Assembly: GCA_043228905.1 (NCBI GenBank)
Contig: JBHGNT010000020.1
Span: 15,500,001 to 15,564,000 of the forward strand
Direction: 5' to 3'
Length of the DNA stretch: 64,000 nt
DNA from: Azolla caroliniana
Taxonomy: Eukaryota > Plantae > Polypodiophyta
The notes under the pieces were generated by a model, which had not been told where the DNA came from, ran no database searches, and saw only the letters and a list, made by a program, of their open reading frames with translations. How positions within the stretch are numbered: position 1 is the stretch's first letter; each line of letters begins with the position of its first letter. Positions 1-11,376 of the stretch are shown here, piece after piece. The translations under genes were made by a program, and so were the position numbers.

Positions 1-349
1 TATCACTTGCTTTTTACATGCTCTGCATATAGTGCAATTCGTGAAAGCTATGATGATATATTAAGAGAGGGTGATGACTTGAGTATCATACTAAAGAGAA
101 CACCTAGAAGGTTGTGCTCATATGTGTATGCCTTATTTGCACACCAAGACTTGGTGCTTCAAAGTATGAATATCCCTTCTTAGGAAGGAGACACATCAAG
201 ATAACTTTTGTACTTAGGTCATATGGGTCAATATTGGCCTCTCTATGGATGATAAAAAAATATCTATCTATCTACCTTCTCGGAAATTGTTCTCATACTT
301 TCCTGATGTTCCTCTTGTCCTTCACCTAAGGTTGTCTTAGTGTTTTTGG

Positions 350-674
350 CCACACTATTTATGATGAAAACCTAATTAATCTTGCTTACAATGAAACTAA
401 TTGGGTTGTTGATAATGAGACATCTTAATTACATTTCACATCTAGATAGGATCTTTTTTCACAATATACTTTCATTGATTTCGGAGGTTGTGAAAATGGG
501 AAATCCATGAACTATCAAAGTGGTAGACACAAGAACTATTTGTTTGGAGACCAACACAAGATCGAAGTTGATTCTCAAGGAAGTGTACTTGATATTTGAT
601 TGCATCTTATCTCCACTAGCATGCTAGATGATGATGACTACTGCAATATCTTTTTATGGAAGATAGTGGAAGCT
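350..674 (+). mobile_element. Degenerate Tnt1-like Ty1/copia remnant, protease region (left part, split by the gypsy insertion)
   Basis: Decayed translation ENLINLAYNETNWVVD...VVKMGN...TICLETN...KLILKEV...LIS..MLDDD...WKL. It continues after the AAGCT TSD at 16285 as (WKL)IKGSFVVA*GKK, matching the typical copia WKLTKGSLVVARG. Confidence 0.75.
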
Positions 675-1242
675 TGTTAAGCGTTGGGATAACAACACAA
701 CCAGTCACGAATAAGAACGCATCAAGAAGGATGTAGTATGAAGAGGAAATGGCAAGAGGAAAGGAAAGCAAAGAGACGGCCAAATGTGAAAGGCCCATAC
801 CCTAAACGTGAAAGCTATATAAACCACATAGTAGTGACTTTGTGGTGGTTCTCCCATTTGTAAAGATCTCCTATTGATTAGAGCTAGAGCTTCCTCTCCT
901 CTTTCTTGTAACCTTTGAGCTTAAGAGAGATTAGTGAAGTGTTGAGTTAGAGAACACTAATCTCTCTCCTTGTTGGTGCTAGACCTCTTAGCAAAGAGGG
1001 TTAATAATAGACATACTCTTGCTTCTTATTGTCTATACCTATTGATCTATTGTCTATGAGAGAGAGCTTGAGAGAGTGAGAGAGATATCATGCTTAATCA
1101 TTTACTAATCGTTGAGTGAGTGTGAGGCTCGGAGGTATCCAACAACCATCTCCGCCCGATTCGCCATCAAGAGGGTATACGCCGGTCTGAATCCCGCTAC
1201 GACATCGAGGAGCTTACTCCATCAATACATAGATCCTTAACA
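675..1242 (+). repeat. 5' LTR (568 bp)
   Basis: Direct repeat of 15712-16279 with about 12 substitutions by eye, mostly C/T and G/A transitions. TG...CA ends; TATATAAA near 816. Confidence 0.97.
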
Positions 1243-1248
1243 TCTATT

Positions 1249-1266
1249 TGGCGCCGCTGCCGGGGA
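1249..1266 (+). promoter_or_regulatory. Primer binding site, tRNA-Asp type
   Basis: TGGCGCCGCTGCCGGGGA, 6 nt after the LTR; one mismatch to the Athila-type PBS TGGCGCCGTTGCCGGGGA. Confidence 0.85.
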
Positions 1267-1352
1267 TACGACCGACGCTTGAAGCCCATTTTCGAGTAGT
1301 CAAAAACTCGGAGGCAAACCACTCAACGAAGGAAGAAATCACAAGAGAACCA

Positions 1353-1598
1353 CCATTTTCTATTTTTTATCATTTCATAGTTTAATTAAGTTCCATTTTC
1401 CGTTTTTTTTATCATTCCATAGTTTAATTAAGTTCTATTTTCTGTTTTTTCATCATTTCATAGTTTAACTAAGTTCCATTTTCTGTTTTTTCATCATTTC
1501 ATAGTTTAACTAAGTTCCATTTTCTGTTTTTTCATCATTTCATAGTTTAATTAAGTTCCATTTTCTATTTTTTTTTCATTTCATAGTTTAATTAAGTC
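1353..1598 (+). repeat. ~41-bp tandem repeat x6 in the retrotransposon 5' UTR
   Basis: Unit CCATTTTCTGTTTTTTCATCATTTCATAGTTTAA(C/T)TAAGTT repeated six times. Confidence 0.9.
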
Positions 1599-1765
1599 GA
1601 TTTTTTGTTCATTCGCTCGGTTAACATTAAACATTGTGGAGATTAGGCCGTTACGGGGCAAGCATAATCACTGCAAGTCTCGCGGCTTACGATCACTCCA
1701 CGGGTCACGAAGAGACCGTTGGCGCCAAAAAGTTTGAATTTCCCACGCAAAGTTCGTCGAAAGAA

Positions 1766-1845
1766 CATCCTTCGACGAAAATTCAACGAAGATTCATCCT
1801 TCGACGAAGATCCACCCTTCGACGAAGATTCATCCTTCGACGAAC
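1766..1845 (+). repeat. 18-bp tandem repeat with palindromic core CTTCG-A-CGAAG
   Basis: CTTCGACGAAGATTCATC / CTTCGACGAAGATCCACC units, about 4-5 copies. Confidence 0.8.
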
Positions 1846-1870
1846 CTATAAAAAAGCTTGACCAGAAAAC

Positions 1871-4800
1871 ATGGCCGGATCCTCATGGACAAAAATGTTC
1901 AAAACCCGACCCGCACGCCTAGAGGAGTCCACGCAAACCGACCAAACCCACGATGTTGGCCCACCTAACCCGACTCAGTACCACGGAGGGTGGCTAACTC
2001 CGGGGATACTACCAAACATGAACCTCCCATCGAGCCCAGGAACTAAAGCACTTCTCAACACACCCCCACTACAGGAGAGCCCAATGGCTGACCCACTCAG
2101 TGTAGAACAACATATATGAGACGTAGCACAAGAGTTACAAGAGTTACGAGTGATAGAACACGAAATAAATCTATGGACTGTACAACTTGCGAAAGGAGGA
2201 CAACCGGAAAGCAGCACTCGAGATATCAAAGCCGCTTTGGTAGAAAGGAAGGATAGATTTGCACGAGTGCAACAAAAACTTCACCGCCTAGAAACATCAT
2301 CGCACATACACCGCCGAAGTTAGGAGCACAGCCCCGTACCGCGTTCGAGCACAATGGGCGATAGCCCGAACGAAACCTGCGCACAACGACACCCGACACC
2401 ACCACGCATGGGCACAATCCCTACACCTGACCAAGCTACCCCTACACCTCCAAACGTCGAACTCGCACTAGCGCTACAATCCATACAAACTCTCGTAGCA
2501 TTGATGGAAAAAGAGCGAGCCCCCGTAGACCATCCGAGAAACCTCACAAATGACAGTGGGAAGAGTGCTTCCATTTCTAAACTAGTACCTCGTTTCCTCG
2601 GTTTCGGCGATGCCTATGACCATGTCGAGAGGTTCAAACAGATTCGCCGCGCTTATGAACCCCTCACAAAGATCACCAAGGTAGCCGCGTTTGGACTCAC
2701 ACTTGATGACCAAGCCGGAATCTGGTTTTGAACCTTGAATGAAGACATCGCCGCCGATTTCAAGTATGTCATTGAGGATTTCTTGATAAACTTCGCTCGT
2801 AGAGGGAATAAATGGAACCCGATTGACCAACTTTTCGCCCTCAAACAAGAAGCGAATGAAACAGTCAGGGACTACATACGTCGCACGAAAAGCTTGCATC
2901 ATCGTTGTAGTCCGAACGACAAGATGTCGGATGACAAGTTGATGAGCCGTTTCATTAATGGGTTGTTTGATACGACACTCCAAAATTTCCTGATTGCCAA
3001 GATGTGTCGATCGTTTGCTGAAGCCTGCACAGTAGTGATGACCTTTGAAGATTTGATGACTGGATTACACATACCCACTCACGCACCCACGAACAACCGC
3101 GAGAAATCCTCCAACTCCACCCCTACTCCACCCACACCACCGCGAACACCCTGTATAGAAAGACCCCAAGCATACGCCCAACGAGAAAATGTAAGGTGCA
3201 CGGTATGTCACGGACACCATACGGGACATGAGTGTCCCCTCCTTCATCAACGACGGCCGCAGTACTGTAAGTGGTGCAAAGCTTTCGTAATGCATACGCA
3301 AGAGAACTGTTGGCAAGCCCCCACTAGAAGGTACGACCAAACGTCAATGGTGGAACACCCACGCTCTCCCCCACCACTTAGCCGTCCACCACTACCAGCG
3401 ATACTCCCTCAACAACCCCCACTACCGCGCATCGGCGCCCGCCTCGCTGAACTGGAGTATACCACAGATAACCAAACCCAGGTTGGAGTGAGCACCCCCG
3501 AATATGAAGACTCGTACAGGGAGTATGGCATTGAAGAAGAGGTGTTTTCCCATTTCGTGGATTTTGAAGGCGACCAAATAACAGTGTACGTCCTGAGAGG
3601 GGAACAAAGTGGACCCCCTATGGGATACCGCAACAATAATGGTCTAAGAAGGTCAGAATTGAAATGCTTCAACTGTCAAGGCCCACATATGGTTAGCGAG
3701 TGCGCAACCAAACATGAGTACTACAACCGGATGGCCCAACGACCACGTCACCTCCCACTCGACACGGCTCCGCAACCACTGGCGCAAGGGGCCACCCAAT
3801 AGTCGCAAGACCTCATCGAATGGTTCCAAAAAGAGCATCATGCCCAGGGTGCGGTAAAGAACACCTAGTATCTGATTGCCCGGAAAAGAAGAAAAGGGTC
3901 GGCACAAATCTGTTGTCCATTGTACCATCCACGATCGGTGCCAATGTCATCACACGAGCCCAACGAGTAGCGCACAATTTAAAATACCAAGATCAAGGTC
4001 TCCCCGTGACCGCACGTAAGAGACGCAAATCTAGAAAGAATAACTCCACGCAGACCTCAAAACAAGATCAAGAACCGGAGGGAGACACAGAAACATTACC
4101 CGTCAATCCGAATCAAGAACTGCCGGCGCACCTAGCGGCATACCCAAACCCACTAGTTGAGAAACAAAAAGTAGAAGAATACATCAAACTCATACACCAC
4201 GAACAGTTTGAAAAATCACTTAGCCTCCCCAGCTTAAACTTCAAGCAACTAGAAGAATGGGTAAACCCCTCACCTCCCCCCGTCGTCACACCAACCGACA
4301 CCCCCATTTGCCATCCTACCTCGATCAAAGAGGTCAACACAACTATACTCCAACAAATCTTAAATTTACGATTGCGACTCACATTACGCGAAGTGCAGAG
4401 CTACATTGGCACCTTCACCACCGACAACCCCCTCCTATGACCTCTACTCGCCAAGGAAATAGAGTTCACGCTCGAAGAACTACTCAAACTCGACGTTCAA
4501 CCGTGGCATGACGTCCTCCGACGCCTCAATGGTGGCCTATCGGCGGGATATGCTGAAGGGATACACACCCACACTCCTCACACGTCCACAGTCCTCAAAC
4601 AACCCGAAGGACCGCCAGTCGACGTCCACGAAGCCCACTTCGAGAGGGACGACACTAGTTTCACTCTACCAGTCTGTGTCAATGGTAAGACGTGTGACGC
4701 CATCATTGACACCGGAGCAGGGGTAAGTATCGTCAGTTACGAATGTTGGCGTAAGTGGGGGAGCCCAAAAATGCTGCCTTTCGATGTCAAACTACAAATG

Positions 4801-7800
4801 GCAGACGGGTCCATCCAAAGACCGGAAGGCATGATTCCTGCGCATCACTTCACTATCCACGGAGTGGAGTTCAATCTCACCTTCGTCGTCACAAGATCGT
4901 CCAACCATGTAGCCTACGAGTGCTTACTAGGAAGACCATTCCTACGTATAAGCCGCCTGGTCATGGATTTTGGGAACGATATAATCTATATGCGAAAGGA
5001 CAACAAAACCTTTCGCATCAAATCGTACACACAAAAAGTGCATGAACAAGAAGGCAGCCCTCTCGTAGACGATTGGTCAGAAACCATTGAGTTCGAGACC
5101 AACCTCCTAGTGTGCAACCCCACAAAGACAGTTCAACTCTTGACCAGAGGCCAACACTTTCCTCAAAGCCCCACCACTTCCAAAGAGGAGAACGCACGTG
5201 AGAGAGACGACCAATCCTTCACCTCCGAGACGTCAGAAATGAATTGGGTGCACGCTCTCGCCACAACCGACGCAATGTACCTTGACGAGAATGGAGAAAG
5301 AATCTTGTGCTTCAACGTCACCACCCTAGGACCCCGGCGAAAAGACGTAGACGTAAAGGACGAAGAACTGGGACAACGAGTCACGTCCAGGTGACGTCAC
5401 AACCACTCAAGAGGCTGTGACGGAAATGGACTTCCCAGAGCATTTCAAACTCTATGAACAAGGGAGTAGGGCAATGGCTTGTAAGAGACCGCAACGCAAC
5501 CCCCAAGGCCTAGGAGAAGTCTATGATGGACCAGCAAGGGTTAAAGAAATCAACCTTGGGAAAGGGGCTGACTCCAAACCGGTGTTCATAGCTACAGATC
5601 TCCAACTTGATGAGGAGGCGTCCTTGATCACTCTCCTCACGGAATTTAGCGACGTGTTTTCATGGTCGTACGTCGACATGAAGGGAGTCCTAGCTGAGGT
5701 TGTCACACATAGTATCCCCATGCGAGCCGACGCCCGCCCAATCCGGCAAAGGCCACGTCCAATGAACCCTAACTACGCCCAACAAGTGAAAGCCGAAATC
5801 AACAAAATGTTGGCTGCAGGCATTATCTACCCAATTGAACGAACTACTTGGGTCTCCCCAATTGTGGTCGTCCCAAAGAAAAACGGCCAGATCCGCATAT
5901 GTGTAGACTACCGCCAAGTTAACGAAGCCACTATCAAGGACAATTACCCAGTACCCTACATCGAACATTTACTCGAAAGAACCGCGGGAGTAGAAGCGTA
6001 TAGCTTCATCGACAGGTTCTCCGGGTACAACCAAATCTCGGTGGTCCCTGAGGATCAACACAAGACAGCTTTCGCCACGGAATTTGGTACGTTCGCGTAT
6101 AAACAGATGCCTTTCGGACTCACGAGCGCCTTGAGCACCTACAAAGAGCGGCGAACCATTTCTTTGCCGCAAGGTTACGATAAGGGGTGGAGTCTTATGT
6201 TGACGACTTATGTTGCAATTCGAAATGGCATGACAACTTGGGGCTACTACATTTGACGTTCAAAAAATGCAGAATCTATCAACTCTCTCTCAACCCGCTC
6301 AAGTGTCAGTTCTGGGTCAAGCACAGAATAATATTAGGACACGTCGTGTCCCGCCACGGGATCATGACTGATGAGGCAAAAGTAAAACTCATCCTCGACA
6401 TGCCACCCCCCACGAACGAGAAACAACTACAAGGGTTCATGGGATACGCGGGTTACTGTAGACACTTCATTAAGATGTTCGCGGACAAGGCTAGACCACT
6501 CTACTCCCTATTAAAGCAGTTCGTGTGGATATGAGAATGCACACACTCCTTCAAGCTCTTGAAAGAGTGCCTAACTAAGGCCCCCATCCTCCGGCCTCCC
6601 GATTGGACCAAAGAATTCCACGTGCACACCGACGCTTCCGCCTTCACGATTGGTACAGTGCTAGCCCAACCCGGTGAAGGGGCACTCGACCTACCGGTCA
6701 CCTTCGCTAGTCGCCAGCTAAATGCCGCGGAACGAAATTACTCCACGACGGAACAGGAGGCTTTGGTCATGGTCTACAGCGTAAAGAAATTCCGCCACTA
6801 CCTGTTGGCATCCCGATTCTCGTTTTTTGTAGACCATCAGGCCCTACTCTACTTAGTAAACAAAACTCACGCCACTAGACGCATCTCACGATGGATCATA
6901 ACGTTACTCGAATTCGACTTCAAGGTAGTAGTGAGAAAAGGGAAAGACCATGTACTCGCCGATCATTTCTCCCGTATTCCCAACGGAGAAGAAGCCACTG
7001 GGGTCGATGATGAAACACCAGATGCAGCATTATTCGCGATCGATACCGTACCAACATGGGCATCAAACATAGTTCGCGTCCTAACCGAAGGAGCGTCCTT
7101 CCTAAAACAACTACCACGAACACACGTGCGTGCCTTGCTAAAGAAATGTGGCCCCTTCACGATGCTCCGAGGCAATCTGTACCGTCGACGATCTACTTCG
7201 GAGGTGTATAACAGACCATGACGTCGTCACCACCCTCGAACAAGCTCATTGCGGGAGCGGAAGTGGTCATTTCAATCACAAGACCACTGCGTGCAAGATC
7301 CTCCAGTCCGGCCTATGGTGGCCAACACTCTTCAAAGACACATACGCGTACGTACATCGCTGTGACGAGTGCCAACGTTTCAAACACCCGCTAAAAGCGG
7401 ATTCTAATATGTTAAACTCGGTAGTGGCATGGCAACCATTCGAGAAATGGGGTATCGACTTTATCGGCCCAATCAGCCCAGCTTCCAACCTCAACCGATA
7501 CATAATAACCGCCACCGACTACGCCACCAAGTGGGTTGAAGCTAAAGCTTGCGTTAACGCCGACGCGCGTAGTACTGCCAAATTCCTATATGAAAATTTC
7601 ATCGTACGGTTTGGATGTCCGCTCGAAATCATTAGTGACCAAGGCTCACATTTCCTGAACGAGGTGATAGCACATTTATTAGGCGAGTTTATGGTGACAC
7701 ACCGCAAAAGTTCTCCTTATTACCCTCGATGCAACGGACAAGTGGAAAGCACGAATAAGGTGCTATGTGCAGTACTCACAAAGATAGTCGTTGCCTCACG

Positions 7801-8323
7801 ATCTGATTGGAGCACCAAACTCCAAGTAGCATTATGGGCTTTCCGTACTTCCTACAAAGTCACAACTCGCCACACACCATTCAAACTGGTGTACGGGCAA
7901 GAAGTAGTATTACCCGTCGAGTTCCTTGTCCCCAGCCTCAGGATCGTCGTACAAGAATGATGGGAAGGGGACCCCCTCCCGTCACGCCTAGAGAACCTAG
8001 AACAACTGACAGAAACTCGCCTTCTCGCATTCCAGGCACTCTTGGCAGAGAAAGCCAATAGAAAGGTGTGGCATGACAATAAAGTCAAGAACAAAGACCT
8101 TGCGAAAGGCAACATGGCCCTCAAAATCTCCTCTCAACGACACAAGAAGAAGCTGAAGTTACGGGGTGAAGGCCCGTATGTGGTTTCAGAGATTACCAAG
8201 ATAGGAGCATGTCGCCTACGCACGATCGAAGGTTTTGACATCCCCGGGTTCATTAATGGGAGCAGGCTCAAACGTTACTATCGACCCTTCACACTCGAGG
8301 CTCTACTCACGGCTCGACAATGA
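1871..8323 (+). pseudogene. gag-pol polyprotein of the gypsy element (multiple stops and frameshifts)
   Basis: Gag LKQEANETVRDY plus CCHC-like knuckles; protease AIIDTGAG (~4700) and LLGRPFL; RT WVSPIVVVPKKNG..CVDYR, FSGYNQI, MPFGL, YVDDL; RNase H FHVHTDAS..ERNYSTTE; integrase H-H-C-C, WGIDFIGP, SDQGSHF, NGQVE, GEGPY. Confidence 0.93.
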
Positions 8324-8850
8324 GAGGTAGAGGCCAAACTTAAAGCCTCTGAAGGCCGAATGGCCCGGCTTGAAACCAACCTGCACAATACGCAAGCGAA
8401 ATTGAATCGACAGGGACACGCCCATCTGACAGCCATGGCTCTGGCGGCCAACTCTAATGATGGAACAATACAACTACAATGTTGTGTCGACGACATGCCT
8501 TTGACGGCGGTAATCGACACAATAGCATTGCTAACCCTTTTCTCCTTCGAAACATGGAGACGTCTAGGTTGCCCAAACCTTGAAGTGTGCAACGACAACT
8601 TCCGTGGCTTCGATGGGTCCACATCATGTTGCCTGGGAACTTTCAGGTGTAACATCAAGACAGAATACAGCGCGCACGTAATCCAAGTTCGGGTACTCCC
8701 ACCCGGAGTGATGCACACACAATGCCTCCTCAGTTTAGATTGGTTTCGCATAAGCGAATGTCTCCTATCACCCAGCAAACACATCGTCTCTTTTCAAACA
8801 GGAGGTGGACTGAAGTCCGAGGACCTCATCGCGACAACACTCGAATCACA
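8324..8850 (+). pseudogene. Second retropepsin-like aspartic protease domain downstream of integrase
   Basis: ORF 8360-8956 reads LQCCVDDMPLTAVIDTIALLTLFSFETWRRLGCP...FRGFDGS...LG...CLLSLDWF. It is in frame with the integrase C-terminus, separated by a single TGA at 8321-8323. Confidence 0.65.
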
Positions 8851-8922
8851 TCTCGTTGTCCTCATTGATCCCCAAAGCGTGGAGCTACCCAAACAAGCAA
8901 CACACCAACACCCACAGGCCAT

Positions 8923-9420
8923 AGAACACAGACACCCAAACCACGAGAATGGGTGAACGTCCACGCAGTTTTCGCTGAAGGCCCACGCTACGGAGAACGT
9001 GCGGTGAGGTGAGTCAGAAAAATACTCACAACCGCACAAGGTTGGCACAATGGCGCCACTAGCTTCTGGGTTCCGAAACGAAATCAACTCCCCGCTCGCG
9101 ATCAAAACACCCCTACATGGGACATTGATGAACCCCAAGGCGCGGAGTCGCTCAACCAAAACGAACGTCAACACCCACTAGCCACCCAAGACCAGCGCGA
9201 CGTTAACGTCAGAACACAGACACCCAAACCACGGGAATGGGTGAATGTTCACGTTGTTTTTGCGGACAGACAACGTTGTGGAGAATCCGCCATTTGGCAA
9301 GTCAAAAAGACACTCACAACAGCACAAGGTTGGCACAAAGGCGCCACTAGCTTCTAGGTCTCGAAACGAAGCCGACTCCCTAGTCGCGATCATACCGCGC
9401 CTGCAAGGGACACCCGAAAA
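8923..9420 (+). repeat. 288-bp-period coding direct repeat (2 copies)
   Basis: AGAACACAGACACCCAAACCACG.GAATGGGTGAA at 8923 and 9211. One frame gives TPKPREWVNVH...LTTAQGWH.GATSF(W/*)V.K twice. Confidence 0.8.
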
Positions 9421-9784
9421 GCACACACATCAACCCGGTATCCCACCCAGGCTAAAGCCATAGGAATCGACAAGCCTAAACAACTGAGAGACCGAACACC
9501 CCGTAGGAATGTTTCACAAATCCTCCCCACCCCCTTAACAAACATGCCGCAGGTTTGGATCCTTAAAAGTCACGGACCCGGAACCTCACACGATACCCGA
9601 GTGACACTCCCTCCACAGTTGCATCCTCAAGGTTCCTCAAAAGCCCTTAATTTACTCAATCCCCTACCACGTTCCCCATAGACCCCCGTTCAGACCCCCG
9701 TCACCATCGGTATCCGAATCTTCTCCATCGATTCGTCCTTACCCTTCCAACCTCGCATCCCCGTCGGATGTCCCTCATTGCCGT

Positions 9785-10210
9785 GGTTTATGTTTTATTA
9801 ATTGTATTAGTTTTTATTTATTATTCTTTACTTTTTTTTTTATTTTTTTTTATTTTTTTTTATTTTTTTATTTTTATTTTATTTATTTTATTTTTTTATT
9901 TTTTTTTTATTTTTTTTTATTTTTTTATTTTTATTTTTTTTATTTTTATTTTTTTATGTTTTACGATCTTTACCATTATTTTATTGATTTAATTTATTTG
10001 TAATGACTATTATTGTCAGTTTGATTTGTATTTATTTATTTATTCTTTTCTTTCTTTTTTATTGTTATGATTTTTATTATTTTATTATTTTTTCTATACC
10101 GATTATTATTATCTTTATTTATTTATTTATTTATTTTATTTTATTTTATTTTAATTTTGTTTTTTGAGTGGTTTTTTTTCTTCTTTCTCCTTTTTCCTTT
10201 TTCTTTTTTC
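9785..10210 (+). repeat. T-rich low-complexity tract inside the retrotransposon
   Basis: About 400 nt dominated by T and A (TTTTTA runs), followed by a C/T-rich stretch. Confidence 0.9.
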
Positions 10211-10841
10211 GTTTTCCTTCTTCTTCTCCTTTTCTCCTTCTTCTTTGCTCTATCTCCCCTCCCTCCTTTTTTAGCTCTCCTCTTTCTACTTGTCTCCTTC
10301 CTTCTCACTCCACGCTCTGCAGCACTCTTCCCCCCCTCCCCGCTCACACTATTCCTCCCCTCCCCCCCCAATCTCTGTTCGTGGCTTCCTCCCACCCTGA
10401 GTGTCCCCGCCCCTACTCCACCGATTGCCTTCCCCGGTCACCGCCTCATCTCCTCCACACCTTGCTTTCCCACGCCTCGGGTAGACCCTTCCCCCCCCCC
10501 CCCCCCCCTCTCTCGTGTGTCGTACCTATCCTTCATTCCTCTGCGGGGGCCATGGCCGTCGCCACGACGATGTCCTCCTCCTGTCACCGGCACACTACGG
10601 GCCTCCCAGCCACGACGTCTACAGTCCCCCCGTGGCGGCCATAGCCGTTGCCCCGTCGCCACCGCCCTCCTCGTGGCGCTGCCTGTCCACGTTGCCTCCC
10701 GAGGTTTTTTCGTCCCCCCCCAAGGTGGCCGCGACCACTGTCCCGGCGTTTTTTCGTTCCCCCCGAGGTGGCCGCGACAGCCGCCTCGTCGTTTCACCCT
10801 CCCCACGTCGTTGGCCGTTTCCAGACCACTCCACCTCCTGG

Positions 10842-11213
10842 TTCGAGGGACGCAACCCCTCGAGTCACACAATGTTTGAGGGGCCCAACCGCTCGAATCA
10901 CCCAATGTTCGAGGGGCCCAACCCCTCGAACTACCCGTTGTTTGAGGAGTCCAACCCCTCGAACCACACCCAGCCCAACCCTTCGAACTACACAGTGTTC
11001 GAGGGGCCCAACCCCTCGAACTACCCGTTGTTCGAGGAGTCCAACCCCTCGAACCACACCCAGCCCAACCCCTCGAACTACACAGTGTTCGAGGGGCCCA
11101 ACCCCTCGAACTACCCATTGTTCGAGGAGTCCACACCCAGCCCAACTCCTCGAACCACGCGTTGTTCAAGGAGCCCAATTCCTCGAACCACACGTCGTTC
11201 GAGGAGTCCAAGT
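10842..11213 (+). repeat. Tandem array of ~33-bp hairpin units with a 90-bp higher-order period
   Basis: Unit TTCGAGGGG-CCCAA-CCCCTCGAA (9-bp inverted repeat) plus a spacer, about 10 units. TTCGAGGGGCCC recurs at 10908, 10998 and 11088. Confidence 0.9.
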
Positions 11214-11376
11214 CTTAGACCACGTAACCCTTAGTTGTTACATTACTATGAAATTAGGACCCCAGGTAAAAAATAATAATAATAATAAAGAGGGGGAAGC
11301 TATTGAAACTACCCGAACTTGTTGATTCGTGACCACATTTACCTATACTAATATTTTTCCTCGTAGGTTGCCAACG

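Noticed and set aside
1353-1598. 41-bp repeats as a CRISPR array
   Set aside because: Head-to-tail tandem units with no unique spacers, inside a retrotransposon UTR.
9768-10879. Hydrophobic Phe/Ile/Leu-rich ORFs (9768-9992, 10067-10879) that look like env transmembrane proteins
   Set aside because: They are translations of the T-rich low-complexity tract, with no real protein signal.
10438-11325. Repetitive ORFs in several frames, and a possible CRISPR-like array
   Set aside because: The spacers are themselves repeated and there are no cas genes. The ORFs are open because the GC-rich repeat lacks stops.
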